From assembly GCA_964587045.1 (NCBI GenBank), contig CAZPJY010000010.1, positions 1-47,609 on the forward strand: DNA of 47,609 nucleotides, given 5' to 3'. Source of the DNA: an uncultured Methanosarcinales archaeon. Lineage in GTDB: Archaea; Nanobdellota; Nanobdellia; Woesearchaeales; CAZPJY01. The translations under genes were made by a program, and so were the position numbers. A model generated the notes under the pieces. It was not told the DNA's origin. It ran no database searches and saw only the letters and a program-made list of their open reading frames with translations. Positions 27,597-39,172 of this stretch are shown here, one piece after another. Each line of letters opens with the position of its first letter. Positions within the stretch are counted from its first letter, which is position 1.

Positions 27597-29230
27597 TACA
27601 TGCCGCCAGGCGGCATCCCGCCAGGAGGCATCGGAGGCCCTCCGCCTTCTGAGGAGCCTCCTGAGGCTATCACGTCATCGATGCGCAGGATCATGACCGC
27701 AGCTTCGGCGGCAGCGCTGATGGCCTGGGTCTTGATCTTCAGCGGCTCGATTATGCCAGCCTTCCATGCGTCGATGACCTTGCCGGTGAATACGTTGATG
27801 CCAGCCCACTTCTGGCCCTTGTCGTGTGCTGCCTTGATGCTTGTCAGCACGTCGATCGGGTCCAGCCCCGCGTTCTCTGCGAGCGTTCTGGGTATGACTT
27901 CGAGAGCGTCTGCGAAGGCCTGAACAGCGAGCTGCTCCCTGCCTGAGAGGCTTTCTGCGTAGTTCCTGAGCTGCCTTGCCACCTCGACCTCTGTCGAGCC
28001 CGCCCCGGCGACCACTGTCATGGTCTGGAAGGCGGCTATGACATCTCCCACCGCGTCTTCCATGGCGCGCTTTATCTCGTCGACTACGTGCTCTGTGCCG
28101 CCGCGGATCAGTATGGTCACGGCTTTTGGGTTCTTGCAGTCCCTGACGTAGGTCATCTGCTCGTCGCCCACTTTGCGCTCCTCGACTATGCCGGCCCTGC
28201 CCAGGTCGGCCTTTGAGAGGTCGTGCAGGTTGGAGACGACTTTCGCACCTGTCGCTCGCGCTAGCGCGTCCATGTCAGACTTCTTGACCCTCCTCGCTGC
28301 GTAGATGTTGTTCTTGGCCAGGAAGTGCTGGGCCATGTCGTCGATGCCCTTCTGGCAGAAGACCACGTTAGCGCCTGACGCTATGACACGGTCGACCATG
28401 TCTTTGAGCATCTTCTCTTCCATGTCGAGGAAGGCCTGCATCTTCTCAGGGTCGGAGATGTTGATCTTCGCGTCGGTCTCGGTGCTCTTTATCTCGAGTG
28501 CGGCATCAAGAAGCGCCACCTTTGCGCCCTGAACGAGCTTGGGCATGCCTGAGTGCACGCGTTCCTTGTCGAGTATGACGCCCTGCACCAGCTCGGAGTC
28601 GTCGACCGAGCCGCCGGTCTTCTTCTCGAGCTTGATGTGGTCGGTGTCCACCACTACCTCGCCGTTGTGGTGCTCCATCACCTGCTTGACCGCCTTGACT
28701 GTCAGGTGGGAGAGCTTCTCCTTTGACGACTCTGCGCCCTTGCCAGTCATTGCGGTGTCAGCGATCCTTGCTAGGACCGTGAGGTCTTTGTCTGTGACCT
28801 TCACAGCGAGCTTCTTGAGGATTTCCTGGGCCTTTTCCGCGGCCATGCGGAATCCCTTGGCGAGCACGGTCGGGTGAATCTCTTGGTCCAGCAGGCCCTC
28901 TGCGCGCTTGAGCAGCTCACCTGCTATTACTACTGCTGTAGTCGTGCCGTCCCCGACCTCGTTTTCCTGGGTCTTTGCGACCTCTACGATCATCTTGGCC
29001 GACGGGTGCTCAATGCTCATCTCCTCGAGGATGGTCACGCCGTCGTTGGTGATCACGACGTCGCCCAGGCTGTCGACGAGCATCTTGTCCATGCCCTTGG
29101 GTCCTAGCGTCGTCCGGACTGTCTCTGCAACGAGCTTCGCTGCCATGATGTTGTTCCGTTGGGCGTTCTTGCCCGTGCTCCTCTGGGAGCCCTCTGGTAG
29201 TATGAATATCGGTTGGACGTCTCTTGCCAT
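27593..29230 (-). CDS. ths: Thermosome (group II chaperonin) subunit
   Basis: [39 protein letters not shown] tail. Confidence 0.97.
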   Translation of the reverse strand: MARDVQPIFILPEGSQRSTGKNAQRNNIMAAKLVAETVRTTLGPKGMDKMLVDSLGDVVITNDGVTILEEMSIEHPSAKMIVEVAKTQENEVGDGTTTAVVIAGELLKRAEGLLDQEIHPTVLAKGFRMAAEKAQEILKKLAVKVTDKDLTVLARIADTAMTGKGAESSKEKLSHLTVKAVKQVMEHHNGEVVVDTDHIKLEKKTGGSVDDSELVQGVILDKERVHSGMPKLVQGAKVALLDAALEIKSTETDAKINISDPEKMQAFLDMEEKMLKDMVDRVIASGANVVFCQKGIDDMAQHFLAKNNIYAARRVKKSDMDALARATGAKVVSNLHDLSKADLGRAGIVEERKVGDEQMTYVRDCKNPKAVTILIRGGTEHVVDEIKRAMEDAVGDVIAAFQTMTVVAGAGSTEVEVARQLRNYAESLSGREQLAVQAFADALEVIPRTLAENAGLDPIDVLTSIKAAHDKGQKWAGINVFTGKVIDAWKAGIIEPLKIKTQAISAAAEAAVMILRIDDVIASGGSSEGGGPPMPPGGMPPGGMY

Positions 29231-29342
29231 TTGTGAATCCCTCCTCAGCGTTTTCGGTGAATTCGAAGTGGTATAAAAAGGTTATGTCTAACTTCCGACT
29301 TTAATAAAATTTTTATATACCCTTACCCTTTGTGGGAAATCT

Positions 29343-30341
29343 ATGGGAAACAAGGGGGGCAAGGATCCTATACTAAATAAAATACTTTTGATGCTGGCTG
29401 CAGTCGTGGTGCTGGCAGGCCTCTATGTGCTGCTGGTTGACACGGGTCCGCAAAGTAAGGGGTCTTCTGCCGACACAGGAGGCCTCACGATCGAGAATTT
29501 CTGCGGCGACGGTACGTGCGACTCTGGGGAAGACTGCAACGGCTGCGCTGCTGACTGCGGGGCCTGCCCGGTTTTGTGCGGGGACGGCAGCTGCGACCCA
29601 GGCGAGGACTGCGCGTCCTGCGGGGCGGACTGCGGCGCCTGCGATCCCTGCGGCGACGGCGTGTGCGCCCTGAACGAGTCCTGCCTGGACTGCCCAGCGG
29701 ACTGCGGCGAGTGCGCGCCAGGATGCGGTGACGGCCTATGCGAGGTGGATGAGACCTGCCGCTGCCCGTACGACTGCGGCAAGTGCGGCACTCTAAACGA
29801 GTCCGGATGCGGCGACGGAATCTGCGGCATCAACGAGTCCTGCGCCTCGTGTCGTCCCGATTGCGGATACTGCCCTCACTGGTGCGGTGACGGAATCTGC
29901 GATTCGAGCGAGAACTGCCTCACCTGCAATCCGGACTGCACGTGCCCTGAGCCTGACACCACCTTCACTGTGCGCGCCTTCGTGACAACTGAGAGGCCCG
30001 TGTATTCTGACCTGCCTTTGGACCCGCCCTCACAGGTGGAGCGGGATGTCCGGCTGGATTCCAACGGATGGTACGGCACGCTCTACCTAGCGCTCTTCAC
30101 GGACTACCCGGAGGAGACCACGTGCTCGATAGTGGAGCTGTACGACAGTGCTGAGGAAAGCAGGTTCGGCGCTGTTCTCTCACCGACGTACCTCCCGTAC
30201 AACGCCTATGCTGCGTACACGCAACTGGTGTTTTCACGTGATGACCAGCCGCACCAGGTCACCTATGCGCACACCTGTACGACTGAATCTGGGCTCGAGA
30301 CCTCGGGAGAAATCACAATCAGCTTGAGGTACCTGCCATGA
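29343..30341 (+). CDS. Membrane-anchored Cys-rich protein with CGDGxC repeats
   Basis: N-terminal TM followed by six CGDGxCxxxExCxxCxxDC-type units. Confidence 0.85.
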   Translation: MGNKGGKDPILNKILLMLAAVVVLAGLYVLLVDTGPQSKGSSADTGGLTIENFCGDGTCDSGEDCNGCAADCGACPVLCGDGSCDPGEDCASCGADCGACDPCGDGVCALNESCLDCPADCGECAPGCGDGLCEVDETCRCPYDCGKCGTLNESGCGDGICGINESCASCRPDCGYCPHWCGDGICDSSENCLTCNPDCTCPEPDTTFTVRAFVTTERPVYSDLPLDPPSQVERDVRLDSNGWYGTLYLALFTDYPEETTCSIVELYDSAEESRFGAVLSPTYLPYNAYAAYTQLVFSRDDQPHQVTYAHTCTTESGLETSGEITISLRYLP

Positions 30342-33300
30342 GGGTTGCGATCCTACTAATAATGCTCCTCGCGCTCGCGACGAGCGTCCTTGGCGATGCC
30401 TACTGCGATTCAGTCATCTGTGATTCAATCTGCACTCCGCTTGGGAGCTCAGAGTGTTCCATTGAACCCAACCTTTGCTCCAATAGGGGTGACTTTTACT
30501 GTTTTTGCGGCTCCCCCGCATGTTCGTGGGCCACGTCATGCCAGGCGGCATTTTCCTCCCAGTGCAATTCTGCACAAGATAGTGATCTCGGGGTCAATTA
30601 CAAACAGCCGGGGATCTGCACTGATCGGCAGGGATGCTCCACCCTGTCGGGATGCACTGCGGGCACCCCGCACTCCGACTACTGCAGCGGAAGCTCAGTG
30701 TATGATTATTATGTGGTTTCTGGCACGCCGGACTACTGCGCTGTGGCCTCAGCATACAACTGCAACAACTACGACCACGAAGCTTCGGGCTGCACGAGCG
30801 GCGAGGACAGGGACTACACCTGCTCGGGAAGCCCAGGATACTGCAGCTATACCGCTACAAATGTCGATTCCAGCTCTACCGCTTGCGGTAACTGCGGCTA
30901 CGTCTACATGTCTTCGGCACCGGTAATGAGCGGTTCTCGATGTTGCGGCGACGACTTGGGAGAGAACTGGCCTGGCTATACCGCAGCTTCGGGATGCTGC
31001 TGCGATCCGACAGGCTCCACGCGAGGCACCCAGATAGGGACTGGAAACGATGAGTTCTGCGCAGGCAACAACCAGTGGTGTTTAGATGGCTATTACAGTT
31101 TGACTGCGATGGTCTACGATGCCAGTGCGGTCAGCGGCACCACCTTGTCAGGAGATGATTTGTGGATAACAAATTACAATTTAGGAGCTGATGGCTCCCA
31201 GCCCAACATCTGCGACACCAACGATGCGGGAAGTGCAGCGAATGGTGTGGTGGTTGATAATGACGGGGACGGCGCCGGCACGACTTACTCCTGCGACTCT
31301 GATGAGGTCTGCGACGACGGAACCTACTTCGCTGACGACTGCAGCGACTGCTACACAAGCGGGACCACGCAGTACAAGTGCGACAGCAACGTGGCAAGTC
31401 CGACTCCATACTCGTGGGTAGCCGACGGCATATGCATCTACCCTTCAACTTGTGGTACCGGAACAGTGTGCTATGACTCTACTGACACGCGATACGAGTT
31501 CGGCTGTACAAACTGCTACACAACCGGATCGACAAGCCAGGCTTGCGACACCGATGTGGATGCTTCAGGCTACATCGCCAACGGCATGTGTGTGTATGGG
31601 GGCTCGTGTGACACTCTTGAGGTGTGCTATGATTCCGTTGAGGGTTGGTTCGAGTCAGACTGCAGCAGCTGTTACACTTCAGGCTCGACTGCCTTCAGCT
31701 GCATGACTACCGCGGGCGCGACTTCCTGGAACCCGAACGGCATCTGCGTGTCCCCCAGCGGGACCTGCGCCACTGGAGCTGTATGCTACGACAATGAAGC
31801 CGTTTTGTACTACTCAACCCTCAGCAATTGTGAATATGACCATGACTTGGATCCTACAGGCGACGCCTGCGACGATGATGTATGGACCGGGGGTTCAGGG
31901 TATGTAACCAACGGTATTGTCGCATACGAGGATTATGACCTGTCTGTCTTGACCTGTGTAGGGGTGGCGTGTTATGAAGATGTTAACGGTTATTTCTACG
32001 ACCCGTCCCTCGCATGCGTATCCACATGGGACAGGTGTGACTCCAACGTTGTCAGCGGGTCTTTTTCACAGAACGGGCTTTGCTTTGGGGGTACTGACAA
32101 CGTCAACAACATCTGCGCCGAGGAGATAGCCTCAGACACGGGGGCCAATGCAGAGTGCGGCAGCCAGAACTCCGGCTGTATCGACGAGAACTGGGGGACT
32201 GTACCCGACTGCGGCTGCGACACCTCCACTTACGGCATAATCTGCGACAGCTCGCTCTCGTCAGGCACGGGCCCTTCTGCCGACGGCGTCTGCGTCTATG
32301 GTGGCTCCTGCTGCACCGGCGGTGCTGTTGCCAACTGCCCATCAGGAAGCTGCACCTCAACGGATGTTTTGGCAGCCACGACAGTCTGCTCAACCGGCGC
32401 AGGGGGATACCAGGGCATGGCCTGCGATTACGATGTTGGTGCCAACGGATTCGACCAGGACGGCAATGTACTCATGAACAACGGCGTAATTGATTACGAA
32501 TGCTTAGGCGAGGCCGGTTCTGGCAATCCTTCGGTGAGCGGGCAGGCAGTGTATTCTGACACATATGGATGGTGGGGTGATCAGGCATGCAGCGCAAGCT
32601 TTCAGGGGGCAGCTGACCGATGCGACCTGACGCTCGACGACGGCAACGTCCAGGCTGAGGGAATGTGCGCGCAGTACCAGGACAGCGCGACCTACTACTG
32701 CTGCGAATCCGCCACGGGAACGACGGCCACGGACGCGATACCGCTCGATTACTGCTACCGCTATGGAGGCTCGTACCAGGCCTCGTGGTACAAGATGACC
32801 GCGGCCTCCTGCGACGACGACCTCAGCGACGGCTACAGCAGGGAGGGTATCTGGGCCGGCACCGCTGCCGCGTACCTTTCGACCACCCAAGCCGGCAACT
32901 GCTGCTCGTCCAACTTCGTCTACGGCGGCAGCGTGACTGACGCAGAGCCGTGGGACGAGTGTTCATCCTCTTGCCTGAACGGAAGGACGTGCATGGACAA
33001 GGTCAACTGGGACGACGGCGACGGCCATGTCGATGCGGACAAGGGCGTGTGCACGACCTCTGGCTGCGAGGAGGGTGAGGTCTCGATGTCAGGTTCGACC
33101 TACTACACCGGCTGCACCGTGATGGGCCGTGCGTGCGACGGCGATGTCTTCTCCAACGGCGCTGGCTTCCAGCTCGACCAGACGGACTCGGGCATCTGCG
33201 TGGACACCGATTCCAACACGGCCGCAGACGACTGCCAGCCAGGAGGAGGAACGCCCACGACCGCCATCTGCGAGTTCTCGTTCGGCGACTACTCAAACAA

Positions 33301-35321
33301 CTACGCGGACTGCACCGATGGGGTCGCGTGCGACCCGGACGTGACCGACGGGACATTCGATACCTTGTATGGGAGGCTGGCGCCGGACGCCGATGACGAT
33401 AGTCTCGGATGCTGCCCGACTACCCAGTGCTGGGACAGTTCCGCGGGTTCATGCGTCGCTGGAGGCACCATACATACGTCGGTCACTGAGTACATCTGCT
33501 CAGGCAGCGACAACAACTGGATCCGATGCTCCGCGTCCACGCAGTGCGACGAGTACGGCTTCTATTACTGCGACGGTGCGTTTACCTGGACCGGGGGCAG
33601 CAGCAACGGCGTCGATGCGGCCTGCTCCTCTTGCAGGCTCTGCGGCGGCACCGCAGCTGTCGGAGAGGGCGACCTTTCATGCAGCGAATACGTTGCCGAC
33701 TTCGATGATGACGACTGCGCAGCGTGCACCAGCTGCCGGAGCGGCTCTTGTGATGCGACAGAATACACATGCGGATCGCAGGACACCTACGCGGCAGGTA
33801 GCGGCACGTGCAGCGGCACGAGCAGGTGCGACGGCGCGGGCAACTGCGACACCTCTGTTTCGAACTGTCCCTCAAGCCAGTGCTTTGACAGCACATACAG
33901 CTGCACACCCCCTAACGTCGCTCAGGACTGCTACACATCTGGCGACCATGACTGCCCCGCATGCCAGGCTTGCAACGGCGCTGGAGCCTGCGCTGCCTCT
34001 CAGAGTTGCGGTGTTGAAGACGCTCTTGGGGCTAACACTTGTTTGCTTGCGAGTGATGATTTGTGTGATGGTTTGGGTGCTTGTGATACTGATGTTGCTA
34101 ATTGCGGTTCTGCTGTTTGTCATGACGGTACTTACTCTTGCGGTGCTGGTAGTGTGAGTGAGGATTGTTATACTTCTGGCGACCACGACTGCCCCGCTTG
34201 CCAGGCTTGCAACGGCGCTGGAGCCTGCGCTGCCTCGCAGAGTTGCGGGGTTGAGGATAATTTGGGTGCTAACACTTGTTTGCTTGCGAGTGATGATTTG
34301 TGTGATGGTTTGGGTGCTTGTGNNNNNNNNNNNNNNNNNNNNNNNNNNNNNNNNNNNNNNNNNNNNNNNNNNNNNNNNNNNNNNNNNNNNNNNNNNNNNN
34401 NNNNNNNNNNNNNNNNNNNNNNGTGTGAGTGAGGATTGTTATACTTCTGGCGACCACGACTGCCCCGCTTGCCAGGCCTGTGGCGGCGGCGGCTCTTGCA
34501 CTGCCTCGCAGAGCTGCGGGACCGAGGACACGCTGGGCGCTAACACCTGTCTGCTCGCGACCAACGACCTCTGCGACGGGCTCGGAGCGTGCGACGCTGA
34601 CGTCACCAACTGCCCGTCCAACCCCGAGTGCTGGGACACGACCTACAGCTGCGGCGCAGGAGCGGTCAGCCAGGACTGCTACACGTCAGGCGACCACGGG
34701 TGCGCGGTGTGCAACTCCTGCGACGGCAGCGGGGCGTGCACAGGCTACACAGCAAACAACGACGTGGACGGGGACAACCAGAATTCTGACGACTGCAACT
34801 ACTGCAACTCCGGCTCATGGTCAGCGCGGGCGCAGTGCGACGGGACAGAATGCGCGGGAGACGCTCGCTGCGAGACCGCCGGCGGAGACTGCGCCTACCC
34901 CGACGCGTCGACGACTGTGTGCGCTACCTGCTACTCAGGCACGTGGTACACAGGCGCGTACTACGAGGCCGGAGGCGGCGACTGCTGCGGCGACGACGCG
35001 AGCGAGAACTACCGCTCAAGCTCCAGCGGCAGGGTGTGCGTGAACGCGTGCTGCGACAACTCAGCTGATTTCGTCGACTCTAACGGCAACTGCTGCGGGA
35101 CGCCCGACTCCGCAGACGGCGACGGCGCCAACTGGGTCATCAATGAGGCGTGCACCTTCGGGAGCGCCTGCACGGTCCAGATCGACACGCACGTCAAGCT
35201 CCAGGGCTCCTCTTCTGTCACGGTTCAGGGCACGTGGGACTTCACGAGCACCGGCCAGCGCATCTTCATGTATTCAGGAGCCGACCTGTACGTCGAGTCA
35301 GGCGCGACCGTCCAGGGCTAA
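30338..35321 (+). CDS. Giant secreted Cys-rich protein (about 1,650 aa or more) spanning the assembly gap 34323-34422
   Basis: Signal peptide MRVAILLIMLLALATSVLG. ORFs 30338-34432 and 34158-35321 join in frame if the gap holds the 66 nt seen in the preceding repeat copy (34086-34151), plus any whole 237-bp units. Confidence 0.85.
33926..34730 (+). repeat. Intragenic 237-bp (79-aa) tandem repeat DCYTSGDHDCPACQAC..LGANTCLL..LCDGLGAC
   Basis: Unit starts at 33926, 34163, 34434 (after the gap) and a partial unit at 34674. Confidence 0.9.
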
Positions 35322-35359
35322 CCGCAACTTTTAAATTCTCACGCCACTAACCTCCCGCT

Positions 35360-35899
35360 ATGATAATCACCATAGGGGGCGAGGCTGGCGCTGGCAAGAG
35401 CACTGTCGCAAGGGAGCTTGCCAGCCGTCTGGGCTTCAAGCACTACTCTCAGGGCGAGCTCTTCCGCAAGATGGCGGAGGACCGCGGGATCAGCATCAAG
35501 CAGCTCGCCGCCATGCGGGGCGCAGACCCAAACATCGACCGCGAGCTGGACCGGCGCCAGCAGGCCCTGGGAGAGAAGGAGGACAACTTCGTGATCGACG
35601 GCCGCCTCTCATTCTACTTCATACCGTTCTCGCTGAAGGTCTTCCTCGACGCAGACCTCCTCACCAGGGCCAAGAGGGTGATGCAGGAGGAACGCGAGGA
35701 GGAGAAATACAACAGCGTCTCTGAGGCTGAGGCTGCCCTTGAGAAGCGCGAGGCCGACAACCGCGAGGTTTACCTCAAGCACTACCGCATAGACATAGCC
35801 AACCGTGGCAACTACGACTGCTACATAGACACCACCGAAAAGAGCGTCGCGGAGGTGGTCGACGAGATAGTCAGGATTGTCGACCGGATCAAGACGTAG
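35360..35899 (+). CDS. cmk: Cytidylate kinase (archaeal type)
   Basis: IITIGGEAGAGKSTVA, FVIDGRLS, YDCYIDTT. Confidence 0.92.
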   Translation: MIITIGGEAGAGKSTVARELASRLGFKHYSQGELFRKMAEDRGISIKQLAAMRGADPNIDRELDRRQQALGEKEDNFVIDGRLSFYFIPFSLKVFLDADLLTRAKRVMQEEREEEKYNSVSEAEAALEKREADNREVYLKHYRIDIANRGNYDCYIDTTEKSVAEVVDEIVRIVDRIKT

Positions 35900-35972
35900 C
35901 CGAAACCTTTATAAGTGGTTTTAGATTCCCCCCTCACAGCCTCTCTTCTCAGAAAAGCTTAAAGGGATAAAG

Positions 35973-36623
35973 ATGGCAGTAAAAGAAAAGGACTTCGTGA
36001 AAATCGAGTACACAGGAAGGGTCAAGGAGGACGGCACGGTCTTCGACACCACAGACCAAAAGCTGGCAGAGGAATCAGGACTGGGCCACGAGCACGCCCA
36101 CTACGGCGCGGTCACTATCTGCGTCGGGGCAAGGCACATCCTGCCGGCCCTCGAAAAGAGCCTCTTAGGAAAGGAGCCTGGCGCTACCTACACAGAGACG
36201 CTGCCCCCTGAGAAGGCTTTTGGCAAGAAGAGCGCGAAGCTGCTCAGGCTCATACCGCAGTCTGCCTTCATCAAGCAGGACATCCAGCCCCAGCCCGGCC
36301 TCCAGGTCAACCTGGACCACATGGTCGGGCTGATCCGCTCGGTGTCCTCAGGCAGGGTCATAGTCGACTTCAACCACCCCCTCTCAGGCAGGGAGGTCCA
36401 GTACGAGGTGAAGGTCGTGGGAGTGGTCACAGACCCCGGAGAGAAGGCCAAGGCGCTGCTCGAGGTCGCCCACATGCACGACTCTGAGGTCGTGGTGGCT
36501 GACGGCAAGGCTACGGTAACCTCCAAGGAGGACGTGCCAAAGGAGCTGCAGGAGCACCTCTCAGAACAGCTCAAAACGCTTGCAGGCATCGCCTCTGTCG
36601 ATTTTAACCAGCGACAGGTTTAA
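35973..36623 (+). CDS. FKBP-type peptidyl-prolyl isomerase (SlyD-like, long archaeal type)
   Basis: IEYTGR, VFDTT, PPEKAFG, VDFNHPLSG. Confidence 0.93.
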   Translation: MAVKEKDFVKIEYTGRVKEDGTVFDTTDQKLAEESGLGHEHAHYGAVTICVGARHILPALEKSLLGKEPGATYTETLPPEKAFGKKSAKLLRLIPQSAFIKQDIQPQPGLQVNLDHMVGLIRSVSSGRVIVDFNHPLSGREVQYEVKVVGVVTDPGEKAKALLEVAHMHDSEVVVADGKATVTSKEDVPKELQEHLSEQLKTLAGIASVDFNQRQV

Positions 36624-36671
36624 ATATCAGTGATTTACCATGTTTTTACACATAGAGGGGAGGTGTCAAAT

Positions 36672-37772
36672 TTGGATGAGGACATAACAATCTCACAGCC
36701 GGAAAGGCCGGTCACTCGACACAGCGGAGTAGATGAGGAGCTGCAGGAGCTGCTCTCGCACCAGAAGGCCACCATCAAGGTGGTGGGCGCAGGGGGTGCA
36801 GGCAACAACACGATCAACCGGATATCAGACGTCGGAATAACTGGCGCAGAGACCATCGCTCTCAACACCGATGCCCAGGACCTGCTGTACACCACTGCTG
36901 ACTCAAAAGTGCTCATCGGAAGGGAGATCACCCACGGGCTTGGCGCGGGCTCGGTGCCGAAGATCGGCGAGGAGGCGGCAAGGGAGTCTGAGCACGATAT
37001 CAAGAAGCATCTCGAGGGAGCGGACATGGTCTTCATCACCTGCGGCCTGGGTGGAGGCACGGGGACAGGCGCAGCGCCTGTTGTCGCTGAGGTGTCCAAG
37101 AAGACGGGCGCGCTGACTGTGGGAATAGTCACCCTGCCCTTCTCAATGGAAGGGCACAGGAGGTATGAAAACGCGATCGTGGGCCTTGAGAAGCTGCAGC
37201 AGCTGGTGGACACTCTCATCGTCATCCCGAACGACAAGCTACTTGAGCTGGCGCCTGACCTTCCCCTCCATACCGCCTTCAAGGTCGCTGACGAGATACT
37301 GACCAATGCGGTGAAGGGCATCGCGGAGCTCGTGACCAAGGCTGGCCTCGTGAACCTGGATTTCGCTGACATCCGCGCTGTCATGGGCAACGGCGGGGTC
37401 GCGCTGATAGGCGTCGGGGAGTCTGACACCGACAACAGGTCTGTGGAAGCGGTGGAGAAGGCAATCGCCAACCCCCTGCTGGACGTGGACATCACTGGCG
37501 CCGACGGAGCGCTTATCAACGTCTCGGGCGGGGCGGACCTGACACTCGAGGAAGCCAAGACCGTGGTCGAGACCGTGTCGAACAAGCTCGACGAGGACGC
37601 CCGCCTGATCTGGGGCGCGCAGATATCGGACGACCTGGCCAACACACTCAGGGTGATGCTCATCGTGACAGGCGTCAAGTCCAGCCAGATACTGGGACAC
37701 CACCCGCCCACCACCAAGGGCACATACAAAAAGGAGATAGAGAGCGAGCTGGGCATAGAATTCGTGGATTGA
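36672..37772 (+). CDS. ftsZ: Cell division protein FtsZ (FtsZ1 type)
   Basis: GAGGAGNN, GLGGGTGTG, NLDFAD; probable TTG start at 36672 after GGAGGTG; followed by secE and spt5. Confidence 0.96.
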   Translation: MDEDITISQPERPVTRHSGVDEELQELLSHQKATIKVVGAGGAGNNTINRISDVGITGAETIALNTDAQDLLYTTADSKVLIGREITHGLGAGSVPKIGEEAARESEHDIKKHLEGADMVFITCGLGGGTGTGAAPVVAEVSKKTGALTVGIVTLPFSMEGHRRYENAIVGLEKLQQLVDTLIVIPNDKLLELAPDLPLHTAFKVADEILTNAVKGIAELVTKAGLVNLDFADIRAVMGNGGVALIGVGESDTDNRSVEAVEKAIANPLLDVDITGADGALINVSGGADLTLEEAKTVVETVSNKLDEDARLIWGAQISDDLANTLRVMLIVTGVKSSQILGHHPPTTKGTYKKEIESELGIEFVD

Positions 37773-37773
37773 A

Positions 37774-37950
37774 ATGGATATCACGCAACGTGTTTCGAGA
37801 TTCCTTAGGGAATCATGGAGGATCATCCGCATACTCAAGAAGCCATCCAAGGAGGAGTTTAAGGTGATTGTCAAGGTCTCAGGCATCGGGATGCTTGTGA
37901 TAGGATTCATAGGATTCGTCCTCCAGCTTGGCAAGCAGTTGCTGTTTTAG
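37774..37950 (+). CDS. secE: Protein translocase subunit SecE/Sec61-gamma (absent from the ORF track)
   Basis: MDITQRVSRFLRESWRIIRILKKPSKEEFKVIVKVSGIGMLVIGFIGFVLQLGKQLLF; conserved position between ftsZ and spt5. Confidence 0.93.
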   Translation: MDITQRVSRFLRESWRIIRILKKPSKEEFKVIVKVSGIGMLVIGFIGFVLQLGKQLLF

Positions 37951-37959
37951 GGGAAGAAG

Positions 37960-38496
37960 ATGGAAAAGAACACGCTAATTTTCGCCTTGAGGACCACCGC
38001 CAACCGCGAGGACCAGGTCATGGACTTCGTCGTGAGCAACGCTCAGAAGAAGAAGCTGGAGGTGTTCTCGGTCATTCGGCCTCACGGCATGCGCGGCTAC
38101 ATCTTCCTCGAGGCGGGCTCCAAGGCTGATGCTGAGCAGGCGGCATTCAACGTGCCGTACGCGCGCGGCATCCTGCCCCAGGAGCTCGAGTACAAGGAGA
38201 TAGAGCACATGCTCGAGCAGGTCAAGCGGGACATGAACATAAGAAAGAACGACATCGCCGAGATCATCTCAGGCCCGTTCAAGCGCGAGAAGTGCAAGAT
38301 CACCCGCATCGACAAGCAAAAGGAGGAGGTCGTCGTCGAGCTGCTCGAGGCGGCTGTGCCCATCCCGATAACTGTCCGCATGGACGCGGTCAAGGTGATC
38401 AGGCGCGACACTCCTGAGGGCGCGACCGAGGAGGAGATCGAGGCTGACAAGCGCGCGTCTGAGAAGATCCGGGACGAGGAACCGGATGAAAAGTAG
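37960..38496 (+). CDS. spt5: Transcription elongation factor Spt5/NusG
   Basis: NGN domain (GYIFLE) and KOW (EIISGPFK..VVVELLEAAVPIPITV). Confidence 0.95.
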   Translation: MEKNTLIFALRTTANREDQVMDFVVSNAQKKKLEVFSVIRPHGMRGYIFLEAGSKADAEQAAFNVPYARGILPQELEYKEIEHMLEQVKRDMNIRKNDIAEIISGPFKREKCKITRIDKQKEEVVVELLEAAVPIPITVRMDAVKVIRRDTPEGATEEEIEADKRASEKIRDEEPDEK

Positions 38497-38503
38497 GAAA
38501 AAA

Positions 38504-39049
38504 TTATTTCTTGATCTTGTCTTTTATCTTGCCGTACAGGTCTGAAGTCTTCTTGGTAATACCTTTTCCGAGCTTCTTTGCTTGCGGAATGATGGTGTCA
38601 GAGACGTAGCTTTTGGTCTTGCCTCTGGGCGCGTTCTTGCCAAAAAACTCGCCTGAAGCCGCCTTGAACCAGTCGTACTTCTCTCCTGCCTGGGCTTTCA
38701 GCTCCATGAACTTCTTGACGTAGTCAACGACCTCTGGGTCCTCGACGAGGATGGCTCCTGCCTTTATCGCTTCCTCGTAGGGCTTGAGCTTGTTCTGCAG
38801 CGTGGTTATCTTCTTCTGCGCTTTCGTGAGCTTGTCGTCGAGCTGCAGGTTCAGCTTGCTGGTCGAGTCGAGGGTTGTCGTATCGTTCTGCATCTTGGTC
38901 TCGAGCTCTGATATCTTTTCCTGGGCAGCGCTCAGTTGATTCTGTGCTTCGACCCTTAAGGCTATGTTTTCATGGTTCTGGATCCCTAGTTTGTCGTAAT
39001 CGATCTTTAGCCTGTTGTATTTTTCCTTCTTCACCAAAGGCCATTGCAT
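38504..39049 (-). CDS. Hypothetical coiled-coil protein
   Basis: 181-aa ORF with heptad pattern. Confidence 0.7.
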   Translation of the reverse strand: MQWPLVKKEKYNRLKIDYDKLGIQNHENIALRVEAQNQLSAAQEKISELETKMQNDTTTLDSTSKLNLQLDDKLTKAQKKITTLQNKLKPYEEAIKAGAILVEDPEVVDYVKKFMELKAQAGEKYDWFKAASGEFFGKNAPRGKTKSYVSDTIIPQAKKLGKGITKKTSDLYGKIKDKIKK

Positions 39050-39138
39050 TGTATCACCGCGGTGGGGGAGAAGCAGGTAATATTTAAGCGTCTTGGAATT
39101 TTGCAGGACACAAGTTGACCGATATACCGTAACATTTA

Positions 39139-39172
39139 AATAACAGTTGTTATTTTATTATAACATATGTTA
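39139..39172. promoter_or_regulatory. Overlapping TAACA/TGTTA palindromes at the MNT promoter (putative autoregulatory operator)
   Basis: ATAACAGTTGTTAT, TGTTA-N8-TAACA and TAACATATGTTA overlap just before and across the ATG. Confidence 0.45.

Noticed and set aside
34323..34422. Frameshift or pseudogene in the Cys-rich gene
   Set aside because: The shift is explained by the arbitrary 100-N gap; a 66-nt repeat-derived fill restores the frame.
33926..34730. Diversity-generating retroelement TR/VR pair
   Set aside because: Differences between copies are mostly synonymous C/T rather than adenine-specific, and no reverse transcriptase is in the window.
36635..37756. 373-aa antisense ORF, and similar ones opposite rpl11 and the thermosome
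   Set aside because: Mirror frames of well-conserved genes, caused by codon bias.
39055..39064. CACCGCGG as an att remnant of tRNA-Ser bounding the MNT-HEPN island
   Set aside because: Only about 8 bp, palindromic, and matches the tRNA 5' end; too weak to support.
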